Source of the DNA: a virus
DNA length: 64,000 nt
Strand: one strand, 5' to 3'
IMG/VR virus record: IMGVR_UViG_3300045988_171124
The position numbers and the translations under genes were made by a program. Below the pieces are notes generated by a model, which saw nothing but the letters and a program-made list of their open reading frames with translations, did no database searches and had not been told where the DNA came from. Below are positions 51,433 to 60,291 of this stretch, piece after piece (position 1 is the stretch's first letter; each line of letters starts with the position of its first letter).

Positions 51433-52740
51433 ATGGGAAATTATGTTTATAAATATGTCTATGATAATGAAATTATTTATATTGGTAAAAATGATACTGA
51501 TCTTACTTCTAGGTTAAATCGACATGGAAAACCTGGTGATAATATTCCAGAAGAAGGTTGGGATGAAATAAATAATTCAGACATTTTTTATTGTGAACTA
51601 GCTAATAGAATTATGTCAGATGTTGTAGAAAGTGAATTAATTAGAAGATACAAGCCAAAATACAACAAAGCAAAAACTTCAGAATGGTCCGGATTAGAAT
51701 TTGTGGAACCAAAATGGGAAAAATACAACAAAGAAAAATTATCTAACAAAAGGGATACTGAATATAAGTTTTATGAAGATCAGATAGAAACAGACTATGA
51801 TAGAACAATGCGAATTATAAACGGTGGAAAGGAAACATTAACAAACGAAATTAATCTTCTTATAGACAAAATGTATAACTTAAGAAGAGAAATAAGATTT
51901 CTAAAAGATATAAAAAAAGAAAACTTTGTAATGAAAAAAATAAGAGTGGAACGAAGATATTCCTATGAAGAAATGATTAATTTCTACCAATATTTAAATT
52001 GTGATTCAAATGTGAAATTTACATCAACTGTTCAAAATGAAAATGGAAATACGTTATGTCATGTTGAATTTTGGTGTGAAAATAAAACAGTTAAATGTAA
52101 GTTAGAATATTATGACGAAGACAAAAAAGATTATGTAACTGATATTAAGTTGGTTTGTGAAGATGAATATATACGCGGTGTGGTTTATTTTAATGGCAGC
52201 ATTCAGTCTACATATGGATTAGTCGCAGAAACAAACAATCATTATTATATAAATGATGTAATTGTATTATCTAATTATAAAAAATTAAATATAGAGAAAG
52301 AAAAATTAATAGAAGATATAAATACTGCTATTAAAATTGATTGTCATTGTGGAAGGAATATATCATATAAAGAATTTATAGAAAATATTGATTTTTATCA
52401 AAAATATTATTGGAGTTTTTCTTTTTCAATGCACAACAATCAAGTTCAGTATGATTTTTGTTCTTATAAAGAAAGGGATGGATGGAGGTTTAATCATAAT
52501 CTTATTTGTATAAAGAAAGAAAAAAATCTTTTGTGTAATGGGGAAACTATTGCGGTCGAATATGAAGAAGTAGATGTATTAGATAATTATAAAGAATTTA
52601 AATTTGACGTAACTTATAGATTAAAAAGCAATATTGAATATTATAAGAAAAATTTAGAAGCAATAAATCATAATATAAGAAATATGGAAATTCAATATCC
52701 ATCTTTATTTGTAGACAGATATGATTATAGTCCGCTATAA
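51433..52740 (+). CDS. GIY-YIG nuclease-domain protein with long unknown C-terminal region
   Basis: Track ORF trimmed to ATG 51433. YVYKYVYDNEIIYIGKNDTDLTSRLNRH...VESELIRRYKPKYNKA matches the GIY/YIG/Arg/Glu/Asn signature. 435 aa. Confidence 0.7.
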   Translation: MGNYVYKYVYDNEIIYIGKNDTDLTSRLNRHGKPGDNIPEEGWDEINNSDIFYCELANRIMSDVVESELIRRYKPKYNKAKTSEWSGLEFVEPKWEKYNKEKLSNKRDTEYKFYEDQIETDYDRTMRIINGGKETLTNEINLLIDKMYNLRREIRFLKDIKKENFVMKKIRVERRYSYEEMINFYQYLNCDSNVKFTSTVQNENGNTLCHVEFWCENKTVKCKLEYYDEDKKDYVTDIKLVCEDEYIRGVVYFNGSIQSTYGLVAETNNHYYINDVIVLSNYKKLNIEKEKLIEDINTAIKIDCHCGRNISYKEFIENIDFYQKYYWSFSFSMHNNQVQYDFCSYKERDGWRFNHNLICIKKEKNLLCNGETIAVEYEEVDVLDNYKEFKFDVTYRLKSNIEYYKKNLEAINHNIRNMEIQYPSLFVDRYDYSPL

Positions 52741-52838
52741 AACAACAGTTTTATGGGGAAAATGACCCTCGTGAATCCCTTATTTTTAAAGGGATTGCGA
52801 AAATGGAATTTTGAGAAAATTCATAAAAAGGAGAAAAA

Positions 52839-53339
52839 ATGTTACTTGCTATTATATTAACAATTATTTTTACAGTATCATTTAGGTTTTGCTTAAATGA
52901 AACAGAAATATCAGATCGAATTGTAGTATTTAGCTTTAGCTATTTTGTATTATTTATTATAGGTATTTCTATTTTTATGATTATAGGAAATTCTGTCTTT
53001 TCTGGAACTGCTAATCAAGAAATGATTACAAAAGAAGAATCTATTGTGTCGTTTATAGACAATAAGGATAATCCAGTTTACGTTAAATATTCATTTAAGT
53101 GGAATGGTGGAAGTACATATAGATATGTAGAACAGAACGGAAAATATCTTGAGTATAAAGAAATCCCAATTAGTGCAGACGTAAATATAGTAGAAGGAAA
53201 TTATGAACCGGTGTTAATTACTCATAGTTATAAAGCAAATAAAAATTGTGATCTATTATTTGGTCAAACTGCAAATAAGTTTACACATGATACTTGGTAT
53301 GAATTTTATATACCGGAGGGGACTTTTATTACATATTAA
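52839..53339 (+). CDS. membrane protein
   Basis: Track ORF; AAAGGAGA SD. Two N-terminal TM helices. Confidence 0.65.
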   Translation: MLLAIILTIIFTVSFRFCLNETEISDRIVVFSFSYFVLFIIGISIFMIIGNSVFSGTANQEMITKEESIVSFIDNKDNPVYVKYSFKWNGGSTYRYVEQNGKYLEYKEIPISADVNIVEGNYEPVLITHSYKANKNCDLLFGQTANKFTHDTWYEFYIPEGTFITY

Positions 53340-53353
53340 TGGAGGATAAGAAA

Positions 53354-53821
53354 ATGTTATATTGGCTTAAACATCGTGATTATAGAACGATTAATTATAC
53401 AGAAGATTTGGATGAAGCATATAAATTTTGTGCAACGCATCCTGGATATGAGATTATAGTAGCTGAAAAGTTAAAAAAAGACATTGATTATAATGAAACT
53501 GAGTTTATTTATAGATATATTGTTTCTTTTAATTTATCAATGGATGAAAAGTCTTATGTCATGATAAAACACTTAGAGAATGAATCAGAATTTAATTATT
53601 GTAATTGTTATACTAAAAATTTTGAATTCCATGATTCAGTAGGTGCTTATAGAGAAGGACGGCGTGTCTACTTCAATATTTTTATTGGAGAAAGAAATTA
53701 TAGCATTGCTTGTAAAATTGCTGAAGAATATTTAAATAAATTAATTAATATGGGCAATGGAAAAGTTACAAAAGAAAACATTGAGTTGATGAATGAAGAA
53801 TTACGAATTGCTAAAAAATAA
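53354..53821 (+). CDS. hypothetical protein (possible -1 frame extension to 53946)
   Basis: Track ORF 53339..53821. ATG 53354 is better spaced from TGGAGGA. See the finding at 53813-53946. Confidence 0.6.
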   Translation: MLYWLKHRDYRTINYTEDLDEAYKFCATHPGYEIIVAEKLKKDIDYNETEFIYRYIVSFNLSMDEKSYVMIKHLENESEFNYCNCYTKNFEFHDSVGAYREGRRVYFNIFIGERNYSIACKIAEEYLNKLINMGNGKVTKENIELMNEELRIAKK

Positions 53822-54000
53822 AGTATTTATATAAGGTTAGATATTTTGAAGATGCAATTCGCAAATCGAAAGTTTATATAAAAAATAAAGAAAACGATTT
53901 ACAGAAATTAAAAGAAGAATATGAAAAAGAAATTGGAAGTAAATAATAGCTGAAAAGCATTATAAAAGATATATAAATAAAAAAAGGAGAAAAGATAATT

Positions 54001-54606
54001 ATGATGAACAATTTTTTAAACGGTATGTTTGGTAAAGTAGGTAACGGAATGTGCAGACTTTCTATGAGTGGCGGTATTGCAGTAAAAACATCTAATGGTT
54101 ATAAAAGTTATAATGTGAAGACTGGTAGACTTACAAATTGTGACAATTTTGCATTTGATATTGGACAGGATTTCTTCTTTATTATTCCAACAAACAAAGT
54201 TAGTGCAGGTGATATTATATTTGCAAATGGAAAGCCTAAATGTGTTATTAAAGTAGAGAAGAATATGATTACTGCAATCAATTATGAAGATTCTACTGTA
54301 GAGAATATTATTCCAGAGCGACACGTATTCATGGGAAATACATATTTTTATGGAAAGATTGTTTCTTTACTTGGAAGTAATATTACTAAGGGAAAAAACG
54401 GAATGAACAATATTTTCAAATATATGATGCTATCTCAGATGATGAATGGAAATGGTTCTACCGGAACAGCGAACAATATAAACTCAATGCTTCCGTTTAT
54501 GATGATGGGCGGTAATATGGGTGATATGTTTGATGGTATGTTTGATTTTGATGAAGTAGACGATACTAATGAATTTAATGAAGTAGATACAGAGGAGGAA
54601 GAATAA
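54001..54606 (+). CDS. hypothetical protein with Met/Gly/Asn-rich region and acidic tail
   Basis: Track ORF; AAAGGAGA SD. C-terminus MLPFMMMGGNMGDMFDGMFDFDEVDDTNEFNEVDTEEEE. Confidence 0.7.
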   Translation: MMNNFLNGMFGKVGNGMCRLSMSGGIAVKTSNGYKSYNVKTGRLTNCDNFAFDIGQDFFFIIPTNKVSAGDIIFANGKPKCVIKVEKNMITAINYEDSTVENIIPERHVFMGNTYFYGKIVSLLGSNITKGKNGMNNIFKYMMLSQMMNGNGSTGTANNINSMLPFMMMGGNMGDMFDGMFDFDEVDDTNEFNEVDTEEEE

Positions 54607-54608
54607 TT

Positions 54609-55511
54609 ATGGGATGGGGAGAATGGGATACAAATAGTTTTATAAGATATTCAACATCAAAGGGATTAGCGACAGATTCATTAGGGTTTGTTACTTCAAG
54701 TGTTTCTAATCAGGAAATGTTTAAGGCAAGATCTCTTGATCCAGTACTTGATCCAAACAATGTTATTAGAGAATGTTGCGATTCAGAAGATCATCCAAAT
54801 ACATTACCAGTTGTGATTGCACTTGATGTAACTGGATCTATGGGGCAAGCTGCAGTTGAGGTAGCAAAAAAACTTAATGGAATTATGACAAAACTTTATG
54901 AAAAAATTGCAGATGTTGAATTTATGATTATGGGTATTGGAGATTTATCATATGATTATAATCCAATTCAAGCATCTCAATTTGAATCAGATATAAGGAT
55001 TACAGAGCAACTTGATAAAATTTACTTTGAATTTGGCGGTGGTGGAAATGGATTTGAGTCATATAGTGCTGCATGGTATTTTGGAACTCATCACACTAAA
55101 CTTGATTGCTGGAATCGTGGTAAACGAGGAATTATTATTACAATCGGTGACGAGAGATTGAATCCTTATCTTCCAATCCGAAGTAGATGTTCTGGTTTAA
55201 TTGCAACACTTGGAGATAATTTAGAAAAAGATGTGGAAACTCCAGAGCTATTTGAAGAAGCTTCTAAGAAATTCGACATTTATCATATTCATGTAAATCA
55301 TGGTAGTAACTATGACAAAGAAGGTATTGAAAAATCCTTTAAGTCTATTATTGAAGAAAATCATTTCAAAGAAGCGACTTTAGATAATATTGCAGAGACT
55401 ATTGTAAATATTATTGTTGATGCAGCTGAGAACGATGTTAATACAATTATAACACCTGCGACAACACCTACTCAGGTAAGTACAAATGAGAATGGTGAAA
55501 TTGTTTGGTAA
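54609..55511 (+). CDS. von Willebrand factor A (vWA) domain protein
   Basis: 300 aa; GAGGAGGA SD. MIDAS-like VVIALDVTGSMG followed by an alternating beta/alpha pattern (IIITIGDERL). Confidence 0.6.
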   Translation: MGWGEWDTNSFIRYSTSKGLATDSLGFVTSSVSNQEMFKARSLDPVLDPNNVIRECCDSEDHPNTLPVVIALDVTGSMGQAAVEVAKKLNGIMTKLYEKIADVEFMIMGIGDLSYDYNPIQASQFESDIRITEQLDKIYFEFGGGGNGFESYSAAWYFGTHHTKLDCWNRGKRGIIITIGDERLNPYLPIRSRCSGLIATLGDNLEKDVETPELFEEASKKFDIYHIHVNHGSNYDKEGIEKSFKSIIEENHFKEATLDNIAETIVNIIVDAAENDVNTIITPATTPTQVSTNENGEIVW

Positions 55512-55533
55512 AATAGAATAGGAGATAAAAACG

Positions 55534-56631
55534 ATGAAAGACATTAAGATTGTGGCTGGAGCAAACTGGGGAGACGAAGGAAAAGGACTAATGACTGATT
55601 ACTTTTCACAGAAACCTAATAGTATTGTAGTATGTTCTAATGGTGGAAGTCAAAGAGGACATACTGTGGTAACACCGGACGGAATCAGACATGTCTTTCA
55701 TCATTTTGGTTCTGGAACTTTTAATGGTGCTGCTACATATTTACCAAAAGAATTTATTGTAAATCCACTTATTTTTGCTCAAGAATATAAAGAACTGATA
55801 AACAATAAGGTTGTTCCTAATATTTACGTTCATAATGATTGTATGGTTTCGACTCCGTATGATATGATGGCAAACCAGGTCATCGAAGAGAGTCGTGGAA
55901 AACAAAAGCATGGCAGTTGTGGATTTGGAATTTTTGAAACCATTAAGAGATATAAAAATGGTATAACCGATTTTGATAAAATAAAGAACTATTATCTTGA
56001 AAAATTTGAACGAGATAAAATTCTACTATCGGACGATTGGAAAAGAATATTTAATGATCCAGGAATAAATGATCATTTTATAGAAGATTTGGATTTTATG
56101 AATGAACACATTAAATCAATTAGAGATGAAAGCTTTCTAAATATGTTTGATCATATTATTTTTGAAGCCGCTCAAGGATTACTACTCGATCAGAATAATC
56201 TAAAATATTTCCCATATCTTACGCCATCTAATACAGGTCTGAAAAATCCCAAAGAAATTATTGAAAGAATTGATTGGTATGATGAATTGAATATAGAAGT
56301 ATGTTATGTGACACGTACATATTTAACTAGGCATGGTGCCGGTCCGTTTCCAACTGAGTGCGATAAAGAAGAAATTAATTCTGAAATGCATGATAGGACG
56401 AATGTACCTAACCCACATCAGGATACTTTACGTTACGGAAAGTTAGATTTAAATGAGTTATATCAAAGAGTGATGGAAGATGTTGGAAATTATAAATGTA
56501 AGAAATCTATTGCCATTACACACTGTAATGAATTTAGAATGGATGAATATAAGTTTGAGAAGTTATTTTTAGGATGGAATATTTATAAATCAGATGGTGA
56601 AACACATAATAGCATAAAGGAGACAAAATAA
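55534..56631 (+). CDS. short adenylosuccinate synthetase (PurA/PurZ)-family protein
   Basis: 365 aa. GANWGDEGKG (P-loop), GGSQRGHT, HHFGSG, FEAAQGLLLD, FPYLTPSNT and RHGAGPFPTE are collinear with PurA motifs. GSCGFGI replaces TTGRGIG, and no TTGR-x-RR motif is present. Confidence 0.7.
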   Translation: MKDIKIVAGANWGDEGKGLMTDYFSQKPNSIVVCSNGGSQRGHTVVTPDGIRHVFHHFGSGTFNGAATYLPKEFIVNPLIFAQEYKELINNKVVPNIYVHNDCMVSTPYDMMANQVIEESRGKQKHGSCGFGIFETIKRYKNGITDFDKIKNYYLEKFERDKILLSDDWKRIFNDPGINDHFIEDLDFMNEHIKSIRDESFLNMFDHIIFEAAQGLLLDQNNLKYFPYLTPSNTGLKNPKEIIERIDWYDELNIEVCYVTRTYLTRHGAGPFPTECDKEEINSEMHDRTNVPNPHQDTLRYGKLDLNELYQRVMEDVGNYKCKKSIAITHCNEFRMDEYKFEKLFLGWNIYKSDGETHNSIKETK

Positions 56632-56632
56632 A

Positions 56633-57196
56633 ATGAAAACTAAAAACTCAACATGGAAAGTTGTATTAATCGCAATAGCAATTATTATTGCTGTAGCTCT
56701 TATGGCTGTATTTGGAGTCCAGAGCTACATGAATAGGGCAATCAGTATGGAAGAACAGGTATCAACCGCAAAATCTGATGTAAATGTACAGGAGAAGCGA
56801 AGAGTAGACCTGCTTGGTAACCTGGTTGATTGCGTAAAGAATTATGATAAACATGAATATGAGACATTAAAAGCAATCGTGGATGGTCGCTCATCTAATG
56901 ATGATAAGGCTACTGAAATTAAAACTTCTATTAAGGCAGTATCTGAAGCATATCCGGAATTAAAATCCAATGAGAATTATAAACAGCTTATGAATGAGCT
57001 GGCAACAACTGAAAATCTGATTGCAAATTATAGGGAGAACTACAACAAACAGGTCAAAATTTATAATGCGTATGTGAGAAAGTTTCCGCAGAGAATGTTT
57101 TTGGATTTTCTTGGATATGAGAAGCAAGAATATAAATTATTAGACTTTGGTGATGATCTCCAGGATGCACCACAGGATTTGTTTGCGGAGGATTAA
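56633..57196 (+). CDS. lemA: LemA-family membrane protein
   Basis: 187 aa. N-terminal TM helix, then VNVQEKRRVDLLGNLVDCVKNYDKHEYETL...AYPELKSNENYKQLMNELATTENLIANYRENYNKQVKIYNAYVRKFPQRMF, the LemA pattern. Confidence 0.8.
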   Translation: MKTKNSTWKVVLIAIAIIIAVALMAVFGVQSYMNRAISMEEQVSTAKSDVNVQEKRRVDLLGNLVDCVKNYDKHEYETLKAIVDGRSSNDDKATEIKTSIKAVSEAYPELKSNENYKQLMNELATTENLIANYRENYNKQVKIYNAYVRKFPQRMFLDFLGYEKQEYKLLDFGDDLQDAPQDLFAED

Positions 57197-57199
57197 TTT

Positions 57200-57544
57200 A
57201 TGAAAAAGAAACAAAAATGTGATAGGCATTTTTATGTGGCACTTGGTTGTGGTAAATATTATGCAGTAATAGAAGAAAATGATTGTCATAAAATTTACAT
57301 AATTTCACCTTGTATATGTGAAAAATGTAAAGATTTTGAATTTGGATCTTTGAATCCAAGCATATTTCCTCACACACAAGAAGGCTACGAAAATTACAAA
57401 AATGCGATTCAAGTTCTTAAGGATTGTAAGTATAAACCATTTGAAGAATTTGAAAAGGAATGCCCTGAATATTATGAAAGAATTGTAGAGAAATTGAGGA
57501 TTGAAAATGAAAAACATAAAGTTTCGGAACTTTACGATTACTAA
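57200..57544 (+). CDS. hypothetical Cys-rich protein
   Basis: Track ORF; GCGGAGGA SD. Confidence 0.6.
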   Translation: MKKKQKCDRHFYVALGCGKYYAVIEENDCHKIYIISPCICEKCKDFEFGSLNPSIFPHTQEGYENYKNAIQVLKDCKYKPFEEFEKECPEYYERIVEKLRIENEKHKVSELYDY

Positions 57545-58247
57545 AAGAGAAATTCTTGTAAGTATTGTAATTGCAGCTTTGATGATTATGTTTGGCTTTC
57601 TGATCAGCACACAATGGTCAGAGAGCCAACAGGAATCTGATATTAAATATAACAAGGCAATTCAAATAGATAATGATACAGATCTGTTCCAATATGGAAT
57701 AAATACAAATGTTGGTAATGCATTTGTTTATGGAGAGCTGAAAGCAGTAGATTCAGTTACATATCCGGAAATTGGTGGAGAATACATGTATGTTCGAAAA
57801 GTAGAAGAACATTATAATATGCACACTCGAACTGTTACGACTACTGACTCAAAAGGGAAAAAGCATACAAGAACAGAAACATATTGGACTTGGGATTATG
57901 CCGGAGAAGAAGATAAAAGTTGTAAAACAATTAATTTTTGTGGAATTGATTTTGATAGCAGTAAAATTCCATTTCCTGGTAAAGACTACATTGATACATT
58001 GAGTGGCGGTTATCATATCAGATTTGAATATTACGGTGTTCCTGCAGTTAATAAAGGAACTATATTTACAAATCTTAAAGATAAAACCATAAATAATACA
58101 AAATACTATAACAATATGGATTTAGAAGAATCTTTTAGATATGTTACAACTCATTTTCCGATGTGGTTATTTTGGCTGTTGTGGATTATGTTGATAGGAG
58201 CTGTCATATATGGATTTTGTTACTTGGAAAATAGATGGTTGGAGTGA
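57507..58247 (+). CDS. membrane protein (N- and C-terminal TM helices)
   Basis: Track ORF trimmed to ATG 57507 after TGAGGA. TM helices ILVSIVIAALMIMFGFLIS and FPMWLFWLLWIMLIGAVIYGFCYL. Confidence 0.65.
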   Translation: MKNIKFRNFTITKREILVSIVIAALMIMFGFLISTQWSESQQESDIKYNKAIQIDNDTDLFQYGINTNVGNAFVYGELKAVDSVTYPEIGGEYMYVRKVEEHYNMHTRTVTTTDSKGKKHTRTETYWTWDYAGEEDKSCKTINFCGIDFDSSKIPFPGKDYIDTLSGGYHIRFEYYGVPAVNKGTIFTNLKDKTINNTKYYNNMDLEESFRYVTTHFPMWLFWLLWIMLIGAVIYGFCYLENRWLE

Positions 58248-58252
58248 AAAAT

Positions 58253-58603
58253 ATGGATAAAATTAATAACTTAAAATATAGAGGATTCCATGCAAAGTTT
58301 AATCACGATTTAAATCAAGAGAAGATAATAGGATGTATTGCTGACATTGAGGACCTTGTAACATTTGAAGTCGAGCATAGCAGTGATATTGAGTTCGAAT
58401 TTCATAAAGCAGTAGATGATTACATGGCATTTTGTAAAGAAGTTGGAAAAAAGAGAATTAAAAATTGTCCTGGTATTGCAATACAGTGTCGTGGAAAAAT
58501 TGTAATGGCAGAACCACATCCGAGGTTTAAAGGAGCTTGGAGATATGAACTAAATGGTGAAACTTGGGTTTGTAGTAGTTGGGCGTTTGAAGAGGGTTAT
58601 TGA
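58253..58603 (+). CDS. HicB-like antitoxin N-terminal-domain protein
   Basis: Track ORF trimmed to ATG 58253 after TTGGAGTGA. YRGFHAKFNHDLNQEKIIGCIADIEDLVTFEVEHSSDIEFEFHKAVDDYMAFCKEVGKK resembles the HicB-like fold pattern. Confidence 0.45.
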   Translation: MDKINNLKYRGFHAKFNHDLNQEKIIGCIADIEDLVTFEVEHSSDIEFEFHKAVDDYMAFCKEVGKKRIKNCPGIAIQCRGKIVMAEPHPRFKGAWRYELNGETWVCSSWAFEEGY

Positions 58604-58878
58604 TGGATATTATTGAAGATAAGAATGTATATGTTTACACAGAAAATGACACAGTGTTTATTCTTCCTAAAGATCAAGATAAGCCAGTGAAAATTTATTA
58701 TGAAGATCCTAATAGACGAGTTATTACAAGCAATGATGATTCTATAATAATTGAGGATACAGTATCGTTAGAATGGCTTGCAAATCACATTGTCGATAAA
58801 GAAGATTATGAGAAAATTGAGAATGCCTTAAAAGAGGCTATAAGTAAAACAAAGTGTACTGTATATGAAGAACAGTAA
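58603..58878 (+). CDS. hypothetical protein
   Basis: Track ORF; ATG 58603 overlaps the previous TGA. Confidence 0.6.
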   Translation: MDIIEDKNVYVYTENDTVFILPKDQDKPVKIYYEDPNRRVITSNDDSIIIEDTVSLEWLANHIVDKEDYEKIENALKEAISKTKCTVYEEQ

Positions 58879-58938
58879 AAGATATGTTTTACGAAAGTGT
58901 ATATACTTATGGTTAAATTACAAAATATGGGGGTAAAA

Positions 58939-59229
58939 ATGGGCTGTCCAGATATCAGTTATAAAATTATGTGCCAACGCTTTGATAAGTTGATTTATAG
59001 TCGAAAGGATATTGATTTGTCGGCTGATATAAAAGAGTTGGAAAACAGAATTCAAAGTAAAGAACATACGCCGGAATATTATTTTAACGCCGGAGTGATC
59101 GCCAGGGGATATCTGGATGAGATTCATAAGAACGGTGATGCAGTTAATGCTTACATTGGTGGATTAAATCAATTCTGTTGGCTAATTGGTTTAGATAATG
59201 AAGAGGATGATAATGATGAGAATAACTAA
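58939..59229 (+). CDS. hypothetical protein
   Basis: Track ORF 58897..59229. Start uncertain (58897, 58927 or 58939). Confidence 0.5.
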   Translation: MGCPDISYKIMCQRFDKLIYSRKDIDLSADIKELENRIQSKEHTPEYYFNAGVIARGYLDEIHKNGDAVNAYIGGLNQFCWLIGLDNEEDDNDENN

Positions 59230-59548
59230 ATTTCCTGACAAGTGTGATCCAAATAAAATAATGATGGATACAATTATAAAAAGAAATAGTGTATGTCCAT
59301 GCTGTGGAGAGAATAGATTTTGTACAATTAAAGACGAATTATATGCGATAAAGAAACATGAAAAATTATCCGGTGTAAGACAAATTGATGGTATACGTTT
59401 TAGAAGATTGGGATTTCAAAAGCCTTGGTATAAACATATTTTTCAAGGAGAGAAGTGGTGGAACTCATTAAGTTTTAAATGTGAAACTTGCGGAGCAGAA
59501 TGGGAATCGGAAGAGTTTCCGGATATTGAATGTTGTATTGAGGAATAA
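59213..59548 (+). CDS. hypothetical zinc-ribbon protein
   Basis: Track ORF trimmed to ATG 59213 after AGAGGATGA. Contains CPCCGE...CETCGA. Confidence 0.6.
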   Translation: MMRITKFPDKCDPNKIMMDTIIKRNSVCPCCGENRFCTIKDELYAIKKHEKLSGVRQIDGIRFRRLGFQKPWYKHIFQGEKWWNSLSFKCETCGAEWESEEFPDIECCIEE

Positions 59549-59549
59549 G

Positions 59550-59912
59550 ATGGATAAGATTATATATTTTGAACTAAATAATTGGATTCCTGGAATATTC
59601 TATCCAGACGATGAACCGTTTAGATTATGGATGAAAAATGATTTACAAATCAAATTTGATGATGAGACTTGGGTAAAGAAAAGCAGATTATGTGTAGTTA
59701 GAGAATTAATTGATATGTCTTCAAATTATTGTATTACTGCTACACGAGAATGGGTCGTGAATAATTGTCCAAAACTGCTTACTGATTATGCAGAGTTTAT
59801 TAGATATAAAGAAGATGATGGTAAGGTATATGGACGGTTTGGGACGGAATTTAAAGAATACAGAGAAGAAAATATTGGTATATGGGATTTGGAGGAAAAC
59901 TATGAGCGATAA
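59550..59912 (+). CDS. hypothetical protein
   Basis: Track ORF 59481..59912 trimmed to ATG 59550, 1 nt after the previous stop (TGAGGA SD). Confidence 0.6.
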   Translation: MDKIIYFELNNWIPGIFYPDDEPFRLWMKNDLQIKFDDETWVKKSRLCVVRELIDMSSNYCITATREWVVNNCPKLLTDYAEFIRYKEDDGKVYGRFGTEFKEYREENIGIWDLEENYER

Positions 59913-60279
59913 AAATTTTTTGGTTGGAGATACTGTTTGGTTTTATATTAGAAAACACGATTTTATGTCTAAGGGAATTATAAAAGAAATATTTATTTTA
60001 GATGAAATTCCTTTTGCACTTATTAGAAATGGACATATGGAAACTAAAATGCCTATTTCTCAAATATTTCATGACGATCTTGAACTTATTGCTTGGATTG
60101 AAAAAGAAGAGAAAGCAAATGTAAAACGCATAAAAGATAATATTCATGATGCGAAAGAGCTGGTTGAACTTATGTATTCTGTAATTGAAGACTGTGAATT
60201 CATGCCAGTAGCAGATTTAAATGATAAGAAGATTGCTATTAAAGAAAGAGCAAAAGAAATTTTTGATGTAAAAATTTAA
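59902..60279 (+). CDS. hypothetical protein, paralog of 60292
   Basis: Track ORF 59788..60279 trimmed to ATG 59902 after TTGGAGGA. Starts MSDKNFLVGDTVWFY. Confidence 0.6.
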   Translation: MSDKNFLVGDTVWFYIRKHDFMSKGIIKEIFILDEIPFALIRNGHMETKMPISQIFHDDLELIAWIEKEEKANVKRIKDNIHDAKELVELMYSVIEDCEFMPVADLNDKKIAIKERAKEIFDVKI

Positions 60280-60291
60280 AGGACATTGATT

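Noticed and set aside
55534-56631. Housekeeping purA
   Set aside because: It is about 65 aa shorter than bacterial PurA, has altered substrate-binding motifs, and is embedded in a mobile-element operon with vWA and LemA genes.
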